A DNA stretch of 64,000 nt from Eledone cirrhosa (GCA_964016885.1 OZ024752.1:28210001-28274000), one strand, 5' to 3'. Shown: positions 1 to 14,096, counted from the first letter of the stretch. Program-made: numbers and translations. The notes: generated from the letters alone by a model not told the origin.

Positions 1-144
1 ATAAAAATTGACGCAACATATATATATATATTATTAATATTATTATTATTATTCTCTACATTCCTTACATCAAACTAAAATATGTTGACAATCTTTTAAT
101 AATATCTTCCTTGTGAAATGTGTGGTCCTGCTTTGCTTAACTAA

Positions 145-210
<66 letters not shown>

Positions 211-715
211 ATGTAGGAGGTGAGTTTTATTGTAGTACAATAAAGCAATGCAGATATCGGATAAGAAGCACTCTACAGTTTGTGGGACTGGAGTATGCAT
301 AATATAAGATCAAAAGATGGTTAAAGGAGTTCCATATATTTTATTATGCGCATTTCAAAAACAAACATCATCAAACAATAATATTTGTGTTTTCATCAGA
401 TAAAACAGGAGAACATGATATGAAGGCTAAAAAACACTTGTTGATAGTGCAGTTTTAAATCAACATATGAAAAGTGGTTTTAGATTGATGTGTGATATTG
501 GGAAAAATAAAATATTTTTCCCAATATCACACATCAATCTAAAACCACTTTTCATATGTTGATTTAAAACTGCACTATCAACAAGTGTTTTTTAGCCTTC
601 ATATCATGTTCTCCTGTTTTATCTGATGAAAACACAAATATTATTGTTTGATGATGTTTGTTTTTGAAATGCGCATAATAAAATATATGGAACTCCTTTA
701 ACCATCTTTTGATCT

Positions 716-723
<8 letters not shown>
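211..723. mobile_element. Inverted pair of Penelope-like element 3' ends (family P1) forming a 425-bp palindrome (299..723)
   Basis: Arms 299-509 and 513-723 are reverse complements with a 3-nt loop; sequence matches the PLE 3' end at 54860-55165; flanked by (TA)n. Confidence 0.9.
617..683 (+). ncRNA. Type I hammerhead ribozyme motif, PLE family P1 (mirror copy on the minus strand at 339..405)
   Basis: ttttat-CTGATGA-stem II (aaacacaaatattatt/gatgatgtttgttttt)-GAAA-tgcgca-TA-ataaaa; palindromic minimal stem III. Confidence 0.85.
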
Positions 724-802
<79 letters not shown>

Positions 803-1053
803 CACATCATGAATGGTGTTCTGCGTACGTATTGATAATATATTATATTAAATGTTTTACAAGGATGAATTAGAAAACGCAGTAAAACGTGATTGCAAAT
901 ATACATTTTATATATATGTGTATATACATACATATATATGTATATATACATATTATTTTTAAATGATATGCAACTTGTAATCAATGAATTAATGAAAGAG
1001 ACCAGTGTAGTATTCCAAGAACTAAAAAGTCAAGTTTCAATTGTCTTTTCCAG

Positions 1054-1149
1054 AGATGCCATGCAACATGATGCCAATGTTGGAATTGGACAACAGGACC
1101 CAGATTCCACAGTCTATGGCCATGGCTAGATATTTGGCCAGAGAATTCG
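1054..1149 (+). CDS. S-crystallin A exon 2
   Basis: ttttccag|AGATGCCA...GAATTCG|gtaagt; encodes [31 protein letters not shown] (GST N-domain QS motif). Confidence 0.95.
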
Positions 1150-4100
1150 GTAAGTGTACTATTGTTTAATCAATAATTCTCTATCTCGCTATGTCTCTTT
1201 CTCCATCAATCAGTTTCTTTATATTGCTATCTATATGTATGTCATTTTAAAACTGTCCCTCCCTTTAAACACATACGTGCCTACCAGCTCTTTTTCTAGT
1301 ATAGCATTTGATGGTGGGGGCCTGCTAATCATCTAATATATATCTAATATGCATATATATCGAGACGGGGATTTTACGCTGAAAATTCGTATCCTATTTA
1401 ATTTGATACACACAGTAGTAAGTTTTCGATTCAATTTCACCCTTTCGAAATACTTTAATTAAAATGTGCAAACGGTTCCGTTTACGTCTCTTGTCTGTTA
1501 CAATTTTAGAATCAATCCATATTAGGTATTTATATATGTATACAATATACACTGAGATAGACTGAACATGTTAATAGAAAAGGTAGCTAAATCTGTCTCA
1601 ATTCCGTTACATTGCTATCTCATATATGTATTTACATATGTATGAGCCAAAGATGTAATCATCTCGTATATTTGGTTGATATTTAACATTAAATATAATC
1701 CGGTCACTTACATATGTATGCATAAATCAAAGATTGATTTTCTTTTTTGTAGGTTTCTATGGCAAGAACAACATGGATATGGCCAGAATTGACTTTATCT
1801 CAGACTGTTTCTACGATATTTTGGATGACTACATGAGGATGTACCAGGATAGCAACTGTAGAATGATGGTAAATATAATCTAAATGTATACACATGGTAC
1901 TCTTATATGATGTAGAACATGGGTGTGGTTGATTTTTAGGACTATAGATTAATCACTGCAGATAATAATAGCTTTGGCTTTATTATATAGAAACTATTTA
2001 ATATGACAGCTGCAGCTTGATAACGTCTCTCTTCCACATCTGTTCCACTGTTGCTGTCCGACGTGTTTGTAGGGTGTGTACGGTTTGGTTTGGCAGGAGT
2101 CATGTGTACAGATTGGCGTTCGGTTTAGGGTATTTGCTGAGAGTTAGTAAACTGGTTGAAGCAATACCGGTCTTATTTACTTTAATATCCTTATTATAAT
2201 ATTTTAATAGCTGTCTGGCATTTGAGATAAACAAAAGCTATGTCGTTCAGAGAGAGCAGCTATGATTCTACTAAGAATAACTAAACCTCTTTAGGTGTAA
2301 TTTCAGGCTGGGGGTATGAATTGAATTAGTATCAAGTTTATTTTACGGCGTTGGGTCGAGAACAACAGAGCGACGGATAAACAGATTGTAGTAGTTAATT
2401 AAGCCCACTTGGATTTTGAGGTTTCTATCATTTTAAGATTATATTTTTAAAAAAACGTTAAGTACATATGAAGATGATATATGTTATCTATTATATCTTT
2501 CCTAAATAATTATAGTTTGGGTTCAATGTTAGATATTTTATATATATGTGGAAGGCACACATGGTCGAATAATCATTAGGCCCCGGGTTCGAACCCATTG
2601 TGAGACAATTTGGGCAAGTGCCACCTTCTATAGCCTTGGATTGACCCATGCGTGGTGAATGAAATTGGGTAGATGAAAAATATTTCGAAGCCCATTTGAT
2701 GGAATGTACCTGTAATTCAATGGATCAGCTTTATCACACACTGTAATCACGCCCAGTGTACCTAAGAATTGCATTAACAAACCACATATCTGTGGAATGC
2801 TCAGCGACTTACAAAATAAGTTCATGGGCAAGTAATGTCGAAACCGACAGAAATTCATTTCATTAGATGAAATAACCGACGGCGAAGTTCGTGAAAGACA
2901 GATCAGTGATTTTGAGGTTATGCATTTTCAGCAGAATTAAGTCTTCTTTCGTTCTTCTGTATCAATAAATAGTACAAATATATGTTTATCCTTTATTTCA
3001 GTTCCAGAGATCTCGTGACTGCAGCGGTTCAGTAAGTAATATGATTTTCTATGATGTTATTATTTTAGACCCTTATCAGCCATAATCAAAACGGCCCATA
3101 CTGAAAGTCGGCAGGCCTAAGAATTGTCAGATACATATATAGGATTTAATGTGCTGCTTATCGAGCATTTTCCTCTTACCTGTTGTTGACAGGTTAACTG
3201 TACGAAATATAACACATAGATCCAAAGACAAGAATGTGGCGATTATAAGAAGTTATATGTAAGAATATATGTTATTTTATGACATACATCTGATGAATAT
3301 GTATATATGTACATATACACACATAAAGTAATAAACTCTTAATATGTGAAATGTTACCGCAACCACGGAATTATATGAGGTTTCATGATAAATAGTATAG
3401 GAAATATGAAATGTAATGATGTATGTAATGATGTTATGACATTACTGTCGCTGCATTAATGGAAATTGGCTTAAAATATGTTATTGAAATCTTATTTACA
3501 GTCTGAGAAACGTATGAGGTTTGAAGAGACTTGCCGTAGAATTCTTCCATACATGGAAAAAACATTGGAGACGTACAATAGTGGCAACCAATTCTTTATG
3601 GGAGACCAGGTAATTATTGTGTTCCTATTTTACTATTATTTTTAGTTTTACTTAAGGTATACAAACATCGTGTTAAGCTGGGAATCGTGGATTTGATCCT
3701 TTAAACTCCCAGTTTGAATAACATTAACGTTGCTGTGCTTGTTTTTTTATCAACCGAACACTAAGTTAGTACATATCTCACTAAATTGTCGTCTTTTTGC
3801 GGAACTTAGCTGCCGTTATTAATTTCTCGAAGGGTGGTGGATGGCAAACTCGACAGAGCACAACAGATAATTATTTGCAGTGTTTGGCTACGAGCTCTAG
3901 CTTTCTGTCTTCAAGACTTATCAACATGAAGTTTTCCGGTGATTTACCTGTCAATCTAGCAAACACAGCTGAGCACTTCATACAAATTATATTCATAATT
4001 AATTACACCTCATCAAAATTTTACTTCCAATGTAGCCAAACACGACGTTGTTTTCTATTCCCTCTGTGTCAACAAAATGTACTAGTTAAGTAAATGTGTT

Positions 4101-4346
4101 GATATACGTGAGCGTATGTGGAAAGGATTATTTTTATAACATAATATTTACATTACATTACATATTATCTTTCATCCACAGATGACCATGGCTGATATGA
4201 TGTGCTATTGTGCTCTTGAGAACCCAATGATGGAAAACTCATCCTTCCTCAGCAGTTATCCAAGACTGATGGCTTTGAGAGATCGTGTGATGAACCACTC
4301 TAAGTTGTCTAGCTACTTGCAGAGAAGAAGCCAAACAGATTTCTAA
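1054..4346 (+). CDS. S-crystallin copy A (sigma-class GST-derived lens crystallin), partial: join(1054..1149,1753..1868,3002..3031,3502..3609,4182..4346); exon 1 lies upstream of the window
   Basis: All introns GT-AG with consistent phases. Spliced translation: [170 protein letters not shown]. Exon sizes (96,116,30,108,165) are identical to copy B. Confidence 0.95.
1753..1868 (+). CDS. S-crystallin A exon 3
   Basis: tttgtag|GTTTCTAT...ATGATG|gtaaat. Confidence 0.95.
2555..2880 (+). mobile_element. Degenerate tRNA-derived SINE in crystallin A intron 3
   Basis: B-box-like GGTTCGAACCC at about 2586; 3' part resembles 16530-16820. Confidence 0.45.
3002..3031 (+). CDS. S-crystallin A exon 4 (30-bp loop micro-exon, [10 protein letters not shown])
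   Basis: tttcag|TTCCAGAGATCTCGTGACTGCAGCGGTTCA|gtaagt; homologous to 28553..28582. Confidence 0.9.
3502..3609 (+). CDS. S-crystallin A exon 5
   Basis: ttacag|TCTGAGAAA...GACCAG|gtaatt. Confidence 0.95.
4182..4346 (+). CDS. S-crystallin A exon 6 (terminal coding exon)
   Basis: ccacag|ATGACCATG...GATTTCTAA; AATAAA candidates at 4521, 4536 and 4899. Confidence 0.95.
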   Translation: MTMADMMCYCALENPMMENSSFLSSYPRLMALRDRVMNHSKLSSYLQRRSQTDF

Positions 4347-4955
4347 AGCAGCTATAACAATAATCCAGTAATAACGACACAAATACAACAAACTATTAGA
4401 AGAAAACAACATATTTGTGGTAATGACAGGAGTCGAACTGACGCCAGTAAGGAAAATACAAAACTACAACTACATTAAACATGAACGACAAGGAATATTT
4501 TAAAATCTACTAATTGATAAAATAAAATAGCAGAAAATAAACGACATATTTGATAAGAATTTGAAAGAAACAGAACGCTCACAAAATTAGAAATCATTTT
4601 TCCATGTTGATGTGAAACTATGTGAAAAATACATTTGCAAAGATATTCATCATTGACATGATTTTGTTGGTGTTTATGTGTAAGGATATCGTTGACAATA
4701 TCGAAAAAACCAATACACTCCGACGATTCAATTAATGGCATAGCTCTCAGCTACGTTATTGACGATATTACTGAATGTATGCAGGAGTTGACAATAGACG
4801 GAAACTAATGTTATGTCATATATATATCGTCTTATGAGATTTAATGGATAAATGAAAAGAAAAATACTTCTAATATTATTACTAATAGTAAAATCAAAAA
4901 TAAAACATATTTACTAAAAACAAATTTTTCTCTCGTCGTTCGTTTTATTCACGAT

Positions 4956-5047
<92 letters not shown>

Positions 5048-5151
5048 CTTTCTCTCTCTCTCTCTCTATCTATCTCTCTCTCTCTCTCTCTCACACACTC
5101 TCTCTCTCTCGCGCTCTCTGTATATATATATACGTGTATGTGTGTATATAC

Positions 5152-5210
<59 letters not shown>

Positions 5211-5835
5211 GAGAGAGAGAGAAACCATTTATATATTATATATACATATACATATACGTGTACGTGTGCGTGTGCGCGTGTGTGTGTGGGTGTATAGTAA
5301 CTGCTAAATATTCTATATTTTCTCTCATCGATAAAGATGTGTTCCAGGTAAATAAGCATATCAGATTTCGTTATAAATACATCTAGTCTAGAATGTAATG
5401 GGATATCATTCTATTCGATAGGATTAACAGATGGATTAAGACATTGAGAAAGGTTTTTTACAAATCAGTTCATATCTGCGTGTATAGGTTGACATGTTTG
5501 AATAAAGGCAATTGTTTACTCACATGCATTTATTGTTTAACATTGCTATGTCAGTGAAGAACAGATAACCTCACAACAAGGACATGATACGGATGAGTTC
5601 CGAAATGTCTAGATGCGCCGCCCAATATATTTTTGTGCTTATCACTATCGTGAACGTCGGAAAGAATTGCATAGAAGCCAGCCGTTTTGATTTCCTCCAA
5701 TAGATTAACGGTAATATATATATATATATATATAAAAATGGAAAAAAATGAAACGAAATTTCATTTCTCACTCTTAGTACGGCTGTTACTTAAATATAAG
5801 TATGTATACGTACATCGTATACATACTTATACATA

Positions 5836-5902
<67 letters not shown>

Positions 5903-6043
5903 TGTATATAATTTGTCACATCCAGCTGTATGTCATGCATATTTGAAGAGACCTTTCCATATTCAAATCTGAAGAAGATCATGCATGTAAACTCTTGTAT
6001 CGAACGGAAAATTTAAACTTTATTCTTGTCAGGCATTTTACGA

Positions 6044-6137
6044 AGGCCGTTACTACACTCCACTGTATGTCAAGTTATACTTGAATGAGAGGCCGTTACT
6101 ACACTCCACTGTATGTCAAGTTATACTTGAATGAGAG
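6044..6137. repeat. 46-bp direct tandem duplication
   Basis: aggccgttactacactccactgtatgtcaagttatacttgaatgag occurs twice in tandem. Confidence 0.9.
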
Positions 6138-8034
6138 ACGTCCCAGTGCTTATACGCAATTATTCATTGTTGATACACTTTGTAAAAGCATTGATAGGGT
6201 TTTCTAGCTGATAAGGTCTACACGGGGACAATATCTACAAAGACAGTTCTTTACGAAGACAGCATTATATACAAACATTGTTTGCATAACTATATACACA
6301 GAAATGGTGTTTACAGAAAAGGATTTCTACAGAATCTGTCTGCAATCACATAGTCTTTATACAAAGAAATTAAATTCATAGTTATGGTCAATACACAAAC
6401 ATTTATGTACAAATATAATGTCTACACAGAATGTCAAACTATATTAGATATCTAAACACGGATAATAACTATTGTTTTTTGTTTGTTAATCGAATGTCTA
6501 CGCACAGACAATGTATATTCAAACCTTTGTACCATGTTTTCACATTTTCTATCGTCAACAATTCTAGCGATAGAATATGAAATATCCGACATTACAAATC
6601 TCAGTTAATTAACATCAAAGTCATAAGCATATCGCTTCTATCAATTTTTAAGGAGCAGAAGTTTATAATTTTCCGAAAAAAATTACTAATTTTTAGAAAG
6701 GGAGGTCATTTTCGGCCCTATTAATTACAAATATGCTCCCCACGATGTTAAATACAATGCTAGAAGCATTTTCCAGGCTATCAATACTATATTTACAAAA
6801 TACTAGCACCTAATATTCCTAAGTTCGCCTCCTTTGAAAACAAATTGTGATTGTTTTAGTTGGAACGCCTTTGATCATCGGTTTAGTGGTTGTGAATCGA
6901 AGTGTTATAAGCATTCTACAATAATTCTATGTAACAAACGCTCACTGAACAATTTGACTGTATAACTGAGGCACTGCCTCCTGCACTGCGAGCCAGTTTA
7001 TAGTCACCCAACCTGTTAGAAATATCAAGATCTCCCTAAAATCACACTTAGAAACATATACGTTAGATGTGAGATAATGTATTCACTGCTCATTCGAAAC
7101 ATATAGAATGGGCTCTGCTGAAATTCCTTTGATCAAGGAGCTGATCTTGCATCAAACAATACAAAATATAACAAAATAAATTCGTCAACTAATGACAAAT
7201 GACAAGCTTTTTATTATTCCATCAGTCTGTGCAGGAAAGATTAGTTTCTACCGAAGTGAACTGACTGACTTAGAGTCAGCTCTGCTTAAAGTAGTCAATC
7301 CACTAATCTCTTTTCAACCTGAACAATTAAACATACATACAATACATACACAACACTCATACATACACAACCTGACGCTTTAATATGTATACACACGAAT
7401 ACTATGCTGAATAATGGTTCCACTAGTTTCAAACTGATAAAATCTTTCTCTATATATATGTGTGTATGTGTGTGTATGTGTGTGTATGTGTCTGTGTGTA
7501 CACATTGATTATTTTATCATTGTTTTCCTATAAAGGATCGTAGAATTAGACTTTAACCTCACAAAGCCGTCGTGTTCAAAAGTGTAGCCAATGATGTGGA
7601 GCTTCAATAGATATTGCATATTAGTTCTTGCTTCTATTGATATCTATTTATTGAAATATATACGTGATAGGGCATATCTATATACATATACATACATAAA
7701 TATACATACATTCATACATACATACATAAAAAATATTTAAAACATTCCAAAAATGTTGCATCTAATAACTGCATATATACATATACAGATATAAAGCGTA
7801 TGTACATGCACACATACAACTCAAAACATCCACATCCACACATATAATAACACCCATGCCTACACACACATACCTGCATGCAGACATATCTACCTAGTTG
7901 ATGTTGTGTAAATCCCAATGAGAGATTCTTAGAAACCGACTCTCTCTCTATTGGAAAATATTTGTGAAATTATAAAACCAGAAGAACATACATACATAAT
8001 CATCTTTTAACATCCACTTTCCACACTAGTATGG

Positions 8035-8116
<82 letters not shown>

Positions 8117-8251
8117 GTGCGTTTTTTTATTGTTAATCGAATGTCTACACACAGACAATGTATATTCAAACCTTTGTTCCATGTTTTCACATTTTCTATC
8201 GTCAACAATTCTAGCGATAGAATATGAAATATCCGACATTACAAATCTCAG

Positions 8252-8298
<47 letters not shown>

Positions 8299-8369
8299 AA
8301 GAGGGTGTGGTAAGATAACAGGTGGACCATAACGCACCAGAGAACACTCAATACTTAGGGTAGTAGAGT

Positions 8370-8464
<95 letters not shown>

Positions 8465-8798
8465 GTGGTGCTACAGGAGAATGCTGAGGATGGCTCTGAA
8501 CATTAATCAGTAAATACTGAGGGTGAAGAACTATACAAAAGTAAGCTCGAAAGTAACACAGAGACTGAGGTTAGCTGGACATGTTCACCGACATTCAGAG
8601 TTGACACTGCACTCAGTGTTCCCGTGGAAGCCCCTGCATGGACACACTAGAAGAGGGAGACCGAGGTTGACATATGTTGATGCCCTAAGCATAGATACAG
8701 GTCTCTTCTTGGAGACGCAGGACATGAGGGCGATGATTAATGACAGAGACAGCAGGAGAGAATTCGTCCATGGATCTCGAGAATTTTATCCTCCCTAG
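8465..8798 (+). mobile_element. RTE-like LINE 3' fragment
   Basis: RLRLAGHVHRH...RRGRPRLTYVD resembles the RTE ORF C-terminus; bounded by (TA)n. Confidence 0.7.
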
Positions 8799-8993
8799 AA
8801 ATATATATATATAAATACATTATCGGAGAAAGCTTTTAGCGATACTCCGGCCAAATTCCAACTCACTCAACAAACATTAGGAAATAAGTGAGTATATTCC
8901 CAATTAAACGTTCAGGGTGCTAACTAAATGTATTGTATGGAAAATTGGCTGTATTATTTCATATGAGACATATCGAATATATCTATCTATCTA

Positions 8994-9126
<133 letters not shown>

Positions 9127-9896
9127 AGAGAGAGAGAGAGAGCTGTAAATCCATCTATCTATTTTACTTAAGCCCTTGATAAGAGTGAGAAGTGTGTTTT
9201 TAATTAGTACCTCTATAGTCAATTAGAGAGGTATCTCCGGAATTTGATAAATTATGAAGATATGATTGAAATGAATCCAACAAACACCACATTTTGTCAG
9301 CGAACATATTTTATACGAAACGAAGGTGTTTACATCTGTCTATTACATATGGCCTTTGTTAAATCCATATAAATGCACTACAGCACATTACAGCATTTAA
9401 CAAATTTATATTTACATTAGAATGTGCACCAATAGTATTTCTACACTAAGCATTGTAATGCAATCTAAATTGTTATTTAATCTTCTCATCTGTGTCTCAA
9501 ATCTCTCTTTATTGCTCTAGTGTTTATATGCCTATGTAAATGTCTCTCTGTCACGTTATCTTTCAAAATATATTTGTGTATAAATACATTTTTATTTGTA
9601 CATGCTAGTTTTGATGTATGGGGTGTTTATCTGTTGAGATGCGTGTATAGTAAACTTCATTCACCATGAAAATAATTCATTCACAAATTACGCGCAAACA
9701 TATTATAATGGATTTAACTAAGCTTATCAATGAAACCTATGCAGATAAGAAATTGAGGTACATAATAGATAGTTTATGAATTAATCAATGAATAATCACT
9801 TTTTCTAGCCACCTTCCCTCTCTCTCTCTCATCTTCTCTCTCTCTCTCTCTTAAAAGTTACACTTAACGTTTGATGGTTGTAACTGATTCTTTGTA

Positions 9897-10108
9897 CGAG
9901 AGTCGGCTGAAAAGTTCGTAAGCTAAAACGTTCATAATCTGACCAAGATACTCTCATGGAGTGGCCAAAAGAGGTTTATTTTTCAACATTGCTCTTGGAA
10001 AGAAACAATGCAGTTATTAATAAGAAGTGTTAAAATTAATGCATGCAATATTTCACAGCTCAGGCATCACTCCATAGTCAGCCTATGATTTTGTTTTGCC
10101 GACTCTCG
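9897..10108. mobile_element. Tc1/mariner-type MITE
   Basis: TIRs cgagagtcggc.../...gccgactctcg with TA on each side; related copy at 27979-28297. Confidence 0.75.
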
Positions 10109-11289
10109 TATAAAAGGTGGGTCTCATATCAAATTGACAAAATTACTGTATATCTTGCAAGAATATATAGTGTCTTTTATATGATTAAGGTTGGAGATGA
10201 CCATATCAACTGCCACCTGACAGCCATTTGGAAGGAAAGAGGTTAGTATACGATAAAACTAATACTGAACGAATGTGTTAATTTGCATTTAAGTAGTTTA
10301 TACAAAATGAGCTGCCATTATGGCTTGCAGGCATAAACCAAGAACGACTATAGATAACAAAAAGATCATTAATTATCTAAAATACCTGCTTCCGTCAGAT
10401 ATGTGTTATATATGCTACAGATATGTTCGTTAGCGACGAGGAAGTATGTTGCTTCTATACTTTGCTTATTTCCAGTGGCAACATACATTCCACCTCATCT
10501 TCCATTGCCAAACTCCGCCATCTGAAACTTTCGAGAAATAAATAAATAAACCCAGCCTATACTAATGTACAAAAAAGAAAATGGATTATAAACGTTTACT
10601 AACTTTTCTATTAGCTGTCAGTATAATTATAATTCATTTATGGGCTAGAAGGTTGCATTATAATTTACGTTAACCTCCAATTAAATGGGCGTTCTCCATG
10701 CAGAAATTAAGGATTGTAAATTGTCTAATTCACGTATTTTATCACTCAACGTTTATTTATACACGATGAGTCATTCTAAGTTCTAAGTCAGATTATGATT
10801 CTAGTTTTAAGCGATATGGTTTTCGGAGTTTTCTCTATCGCTTTCGTTGACAAGGATCATCGTGGTATGGGTGTGTTTTGACTATTCAAACCTCTGTTTT
10901 ATGTTCACTATATCCCGTTTGTTAATCCTTGCGTAGCTGATAAACAAATAACTAACGTAAAATTAATCAATGGGAAGGAAATATTGTTACGTAAATCAAT
11001 AATAATACCAAATACTATAACTAGTTTAGTTTGAATGTGTTAAAGAAAGATTACCACAATAAGGGGAAATTCTACAGAGAATCGCGATTAAAATGATATA
11101 TGTAAACAACCAAGTAAACCGAACAATGTACTGCCACTGTATAGCATTAACCAGATATCAGATTAAGGAAAGTATTTAGTGTTGAAAAGCTAAGATCATT
11201 TGTTTTATGAAATAACTGGAACATTAGTTCAAGAAATATGCTGTCTGTCTAAAATGTTTTCCTCTGATTATGTAAGAGGTATATAATAA

Positions 11290-11465
11290 TGGTTTCTGAT
11301 TTAGGCACAAGACCAACAAATTTAGGGAAGGGAAAAATCGATTAAATCAACCCCAATGCATTACTGGTGCTTTACTTTATCGACCCTGTAAGGATAAAAG
11401 GCAAAGTTAACCTCGGCGGGATTTGAACTCAGAATGGCAAGGGCCGTAAGTCTATGCGTCAAAGC
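11290..11465 (-). mobile_element. tRNA-derived SINE (family S1)
   Basis: Shares ggcacaag...atcgaccc.gtaaggat.aaaggcaaagttaacctcggcgggatttgaactcag with the other S1 copies. Confidence 0.85.
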
Positions 11466-11495
11466 TGCCTAAATATTCCTGGTTAGTTGTTGAAA

Positions 11496-11607
11496 ATTAT
11501 TACTAGGTCAGATTATAACTAGGTCAGATTATTACTAGGTCAGGTTATTACTAGGTCAGGTTATTACTAGGTCAGGTTATTACTAGGTCAGGTTATTAGT
11601 AGGTCAG
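11496..11607. repeat. 16-bp minisatellite, about 7 copies
   Basis: Unit ttattactaggtcag(g/a). Confidence 0.9.
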
Positions 11608-12038
11608 TCAGGATTGAATACAATCTATCTATATACTACTAAAACTCTGTGATTGCTTGCTTGCTTGTCTGTAATGTAATACAGCCAAAATGGCACATAA
11701 TAGGAAAATACTTTGAAAGTAAGTTGACCCTGAAATGGGGATACAAATGGAATAAAACAAGTTTCGCGTAAATCGGACCACGAGTTCCCGAGATATGGGG
11801 TTTTTCCTGGTACCTTCATAAACAAAGAGAAAGAGAAGGATATGGAGGAAGAGAGACATAGAGAGAAGGTGAGGAGACTGAGAAGGAATATAGAAGAGAG
11901 AGAGAGCTGGTGGTGAGTGAGTATATGTGTATGTATATGTGTATATATGTGTGTGTATATGTGTGTGTACATGTGTGTGTGTGCCTATGACCAGTGTATA
12001 TAGATCACAGACACCGACACACATATATATATATATAT

Positions 12039-12075
<37 letters not shown>

Positions 12076-12539
12076 TGTATACACACACACATTTATATAT
12101 ACACATACACAGACGTAAATATATGGGCCTTCCAGTTTCATTTCACATTATATACATGTCTGTGTACATTTTAATTATTTCAAAATTATTTTTAAGTGAA
12201 CATGCTTTTTTAAAAATATTTTTACGTGAACGCGACCCAACAGTTCGCGAGTAGCCTAGTTCTAATGAAATTCGTTCCAGTCATAATAAGGTTCTCGTTG
12301 TTTTAGGCATAAAGACAGAAAATAATTCATGTTAAATATATTGAACTACTATGTCTAAGTTGTTGAGTTGCAGCGGGGTGGTTTCTTTTTAGCGGATGAA
12401 ACTCCAATGATTACACACATGTCCTTCTGATGATGGTGCTATTGTTATTTTCATTTTGTTGTTTAGCCAGAAGTTAACACTTCTTTATTACGCTATTTCT
12501 ACAACCAAACAATGCCAATCTCCAACTCACAATCTACAA

Positions 12540-13056
12540 CCAGCAAATTGCTCAAGTTGGGCAGCTTTCAACAAGAATAAGGAAGTAATAACATCAAAAC
12601 GAGTTTTCTATCATTTGAAGGCTAAGATCTTTAATACTACCAGTTGTGTTATATAGTCTTGACTGTGTTAATTGAACGACAAGGTCACTTCAGAAGCTCT
12701 CTACATTCGGGAACCACATTATGAGACTTATGACCGGCAAGCGGCTCAGCGACCGTATCTGTATCAGTGAGCTGCTCAATATTACCAGACTTAAACCAAT
12801 TACATCAATTATCAAGTCAAGAGTACTCAAACTATACGGCCATATAAAAAGATCAATTCGTGGTGCGAGTAGGTTATACCTGGAAGGAAGGTTGGCTGGT
12901 AAGAGAAGCAGGGGCCGGCAGCCAAAACGATGGCTTGATAATGTCAACTTATAGACTGGACTTTGTCTTTGCTCTTTAAACTCTGCTGCTGGTGATCGAA
13001 CTTTGTGGAGAAAAATATCTCATGTTGATGCGCAGTCTGCAACTGGCGGAGTTTAG
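12540..13056 (+). mobile_element. RTE-clade LINE 3' fragment
   Basis: LKLYGHIKRS...LEGRLAGKRSRGRQPKRWLD; near copies at 16030-16513 (-) and 44445-44820 (-). Confidence 0.85.
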
Positions 13057-13247
13057 CGTCACAAGCAAAACACCTACTTTACAACAATCCCTTCAGGTTT
13101 ACACTAAAATAATCCACTGCCAATTATTTACAGCATTCACTTATCTCTTTTACATAAGAAATAAAGATTGATGACTAAAAATGAAGCATCATCTTTACTT
13201 ATACTCTACATATATTAATGATTCCTTCTGGGTCTTCCTTCTTCGAC

Positions 13248-13432
13248 GTTTCTACTTTTGGCACAAGGCCAGCAATGAACCAGTGTATTACTGGTACTTT
13301 ATTTTATCGACCCCGTAAGGATGAAAGCAAAGTTAACCTCGGCGGGATTTGAACTCAGAATGGCAAGGGCCGTAACTCTATGCGTCAAAGCATGGCGTCC
13401 GACCATCTACCGATACTGCCAATCCACCGCCC
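13248..13432 (-). mobile_element. tRNA-derived SINE S1, full length
   Basis: Minus-strand head GGGCGGTGGATTGGCAGTATCGG (A box) and GAGTTCAAATCC (B box), then conserved core. Confidence 0.9.
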
Positions 13433-14096
13433 TGTTAATTTAATAATGAAATATGTTAATTTAATAATGAAAATTATAGCTCAGGTGTACTACAATTCAA
13501 CAAAAGTGCATGTACAGTACATAGAATAATGTACAAATGTCAGAAAAGGGAACAGTGTATGATATACACAGTCATGATATACACACAGATACATGCGTGC
13601 ATGTCTATGGAGTTAGACTGACTAAGCAATTTAGAAACGAGTATCATGGGATTGGGAACGTTTATGACACGATTTGAACCACTGAATAATATGATAAATA
13701 CACCATATTGGTATCCAGGACTCAATCGACTTATGTTATTTCTTATTAGATTCAACTGTAATTAAAAGAAACACAGACGTTGATAATTGACCTTACCAAT
13801 ATTGTGGAGCAGGCAATTCTGAAGTATAAATCTTCACCAAACTGGCAGCACTGATATTAATTATAATGCCTATTACCAACTTTGGCGCACATTATAAGTA
13901 ATCTTAGAAGCGAAAGGAAATCGATTACATCAATGTCAGTCGATATAATCGACAATATATTTTTGGTATCTTGAATATATTTTCTTAACTATGATCACGT
14001 TTAGACCTGTTTTCCGAAGTATATCTAATATTTGTCTGAAGAAAGTAAGGTCTTGATATATTTCACAAGACATGATGATGATGATGATGATAATAA

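Noticed and set aside
5960-6020. CTGAAGA...GAA motif
   Set aside because: Stem II and stem III pairing are too weak to call.
11496-11607. 16-bp repeats as CRISPR-like
   Set aside because: Contiguous minisatellite with no spacers.
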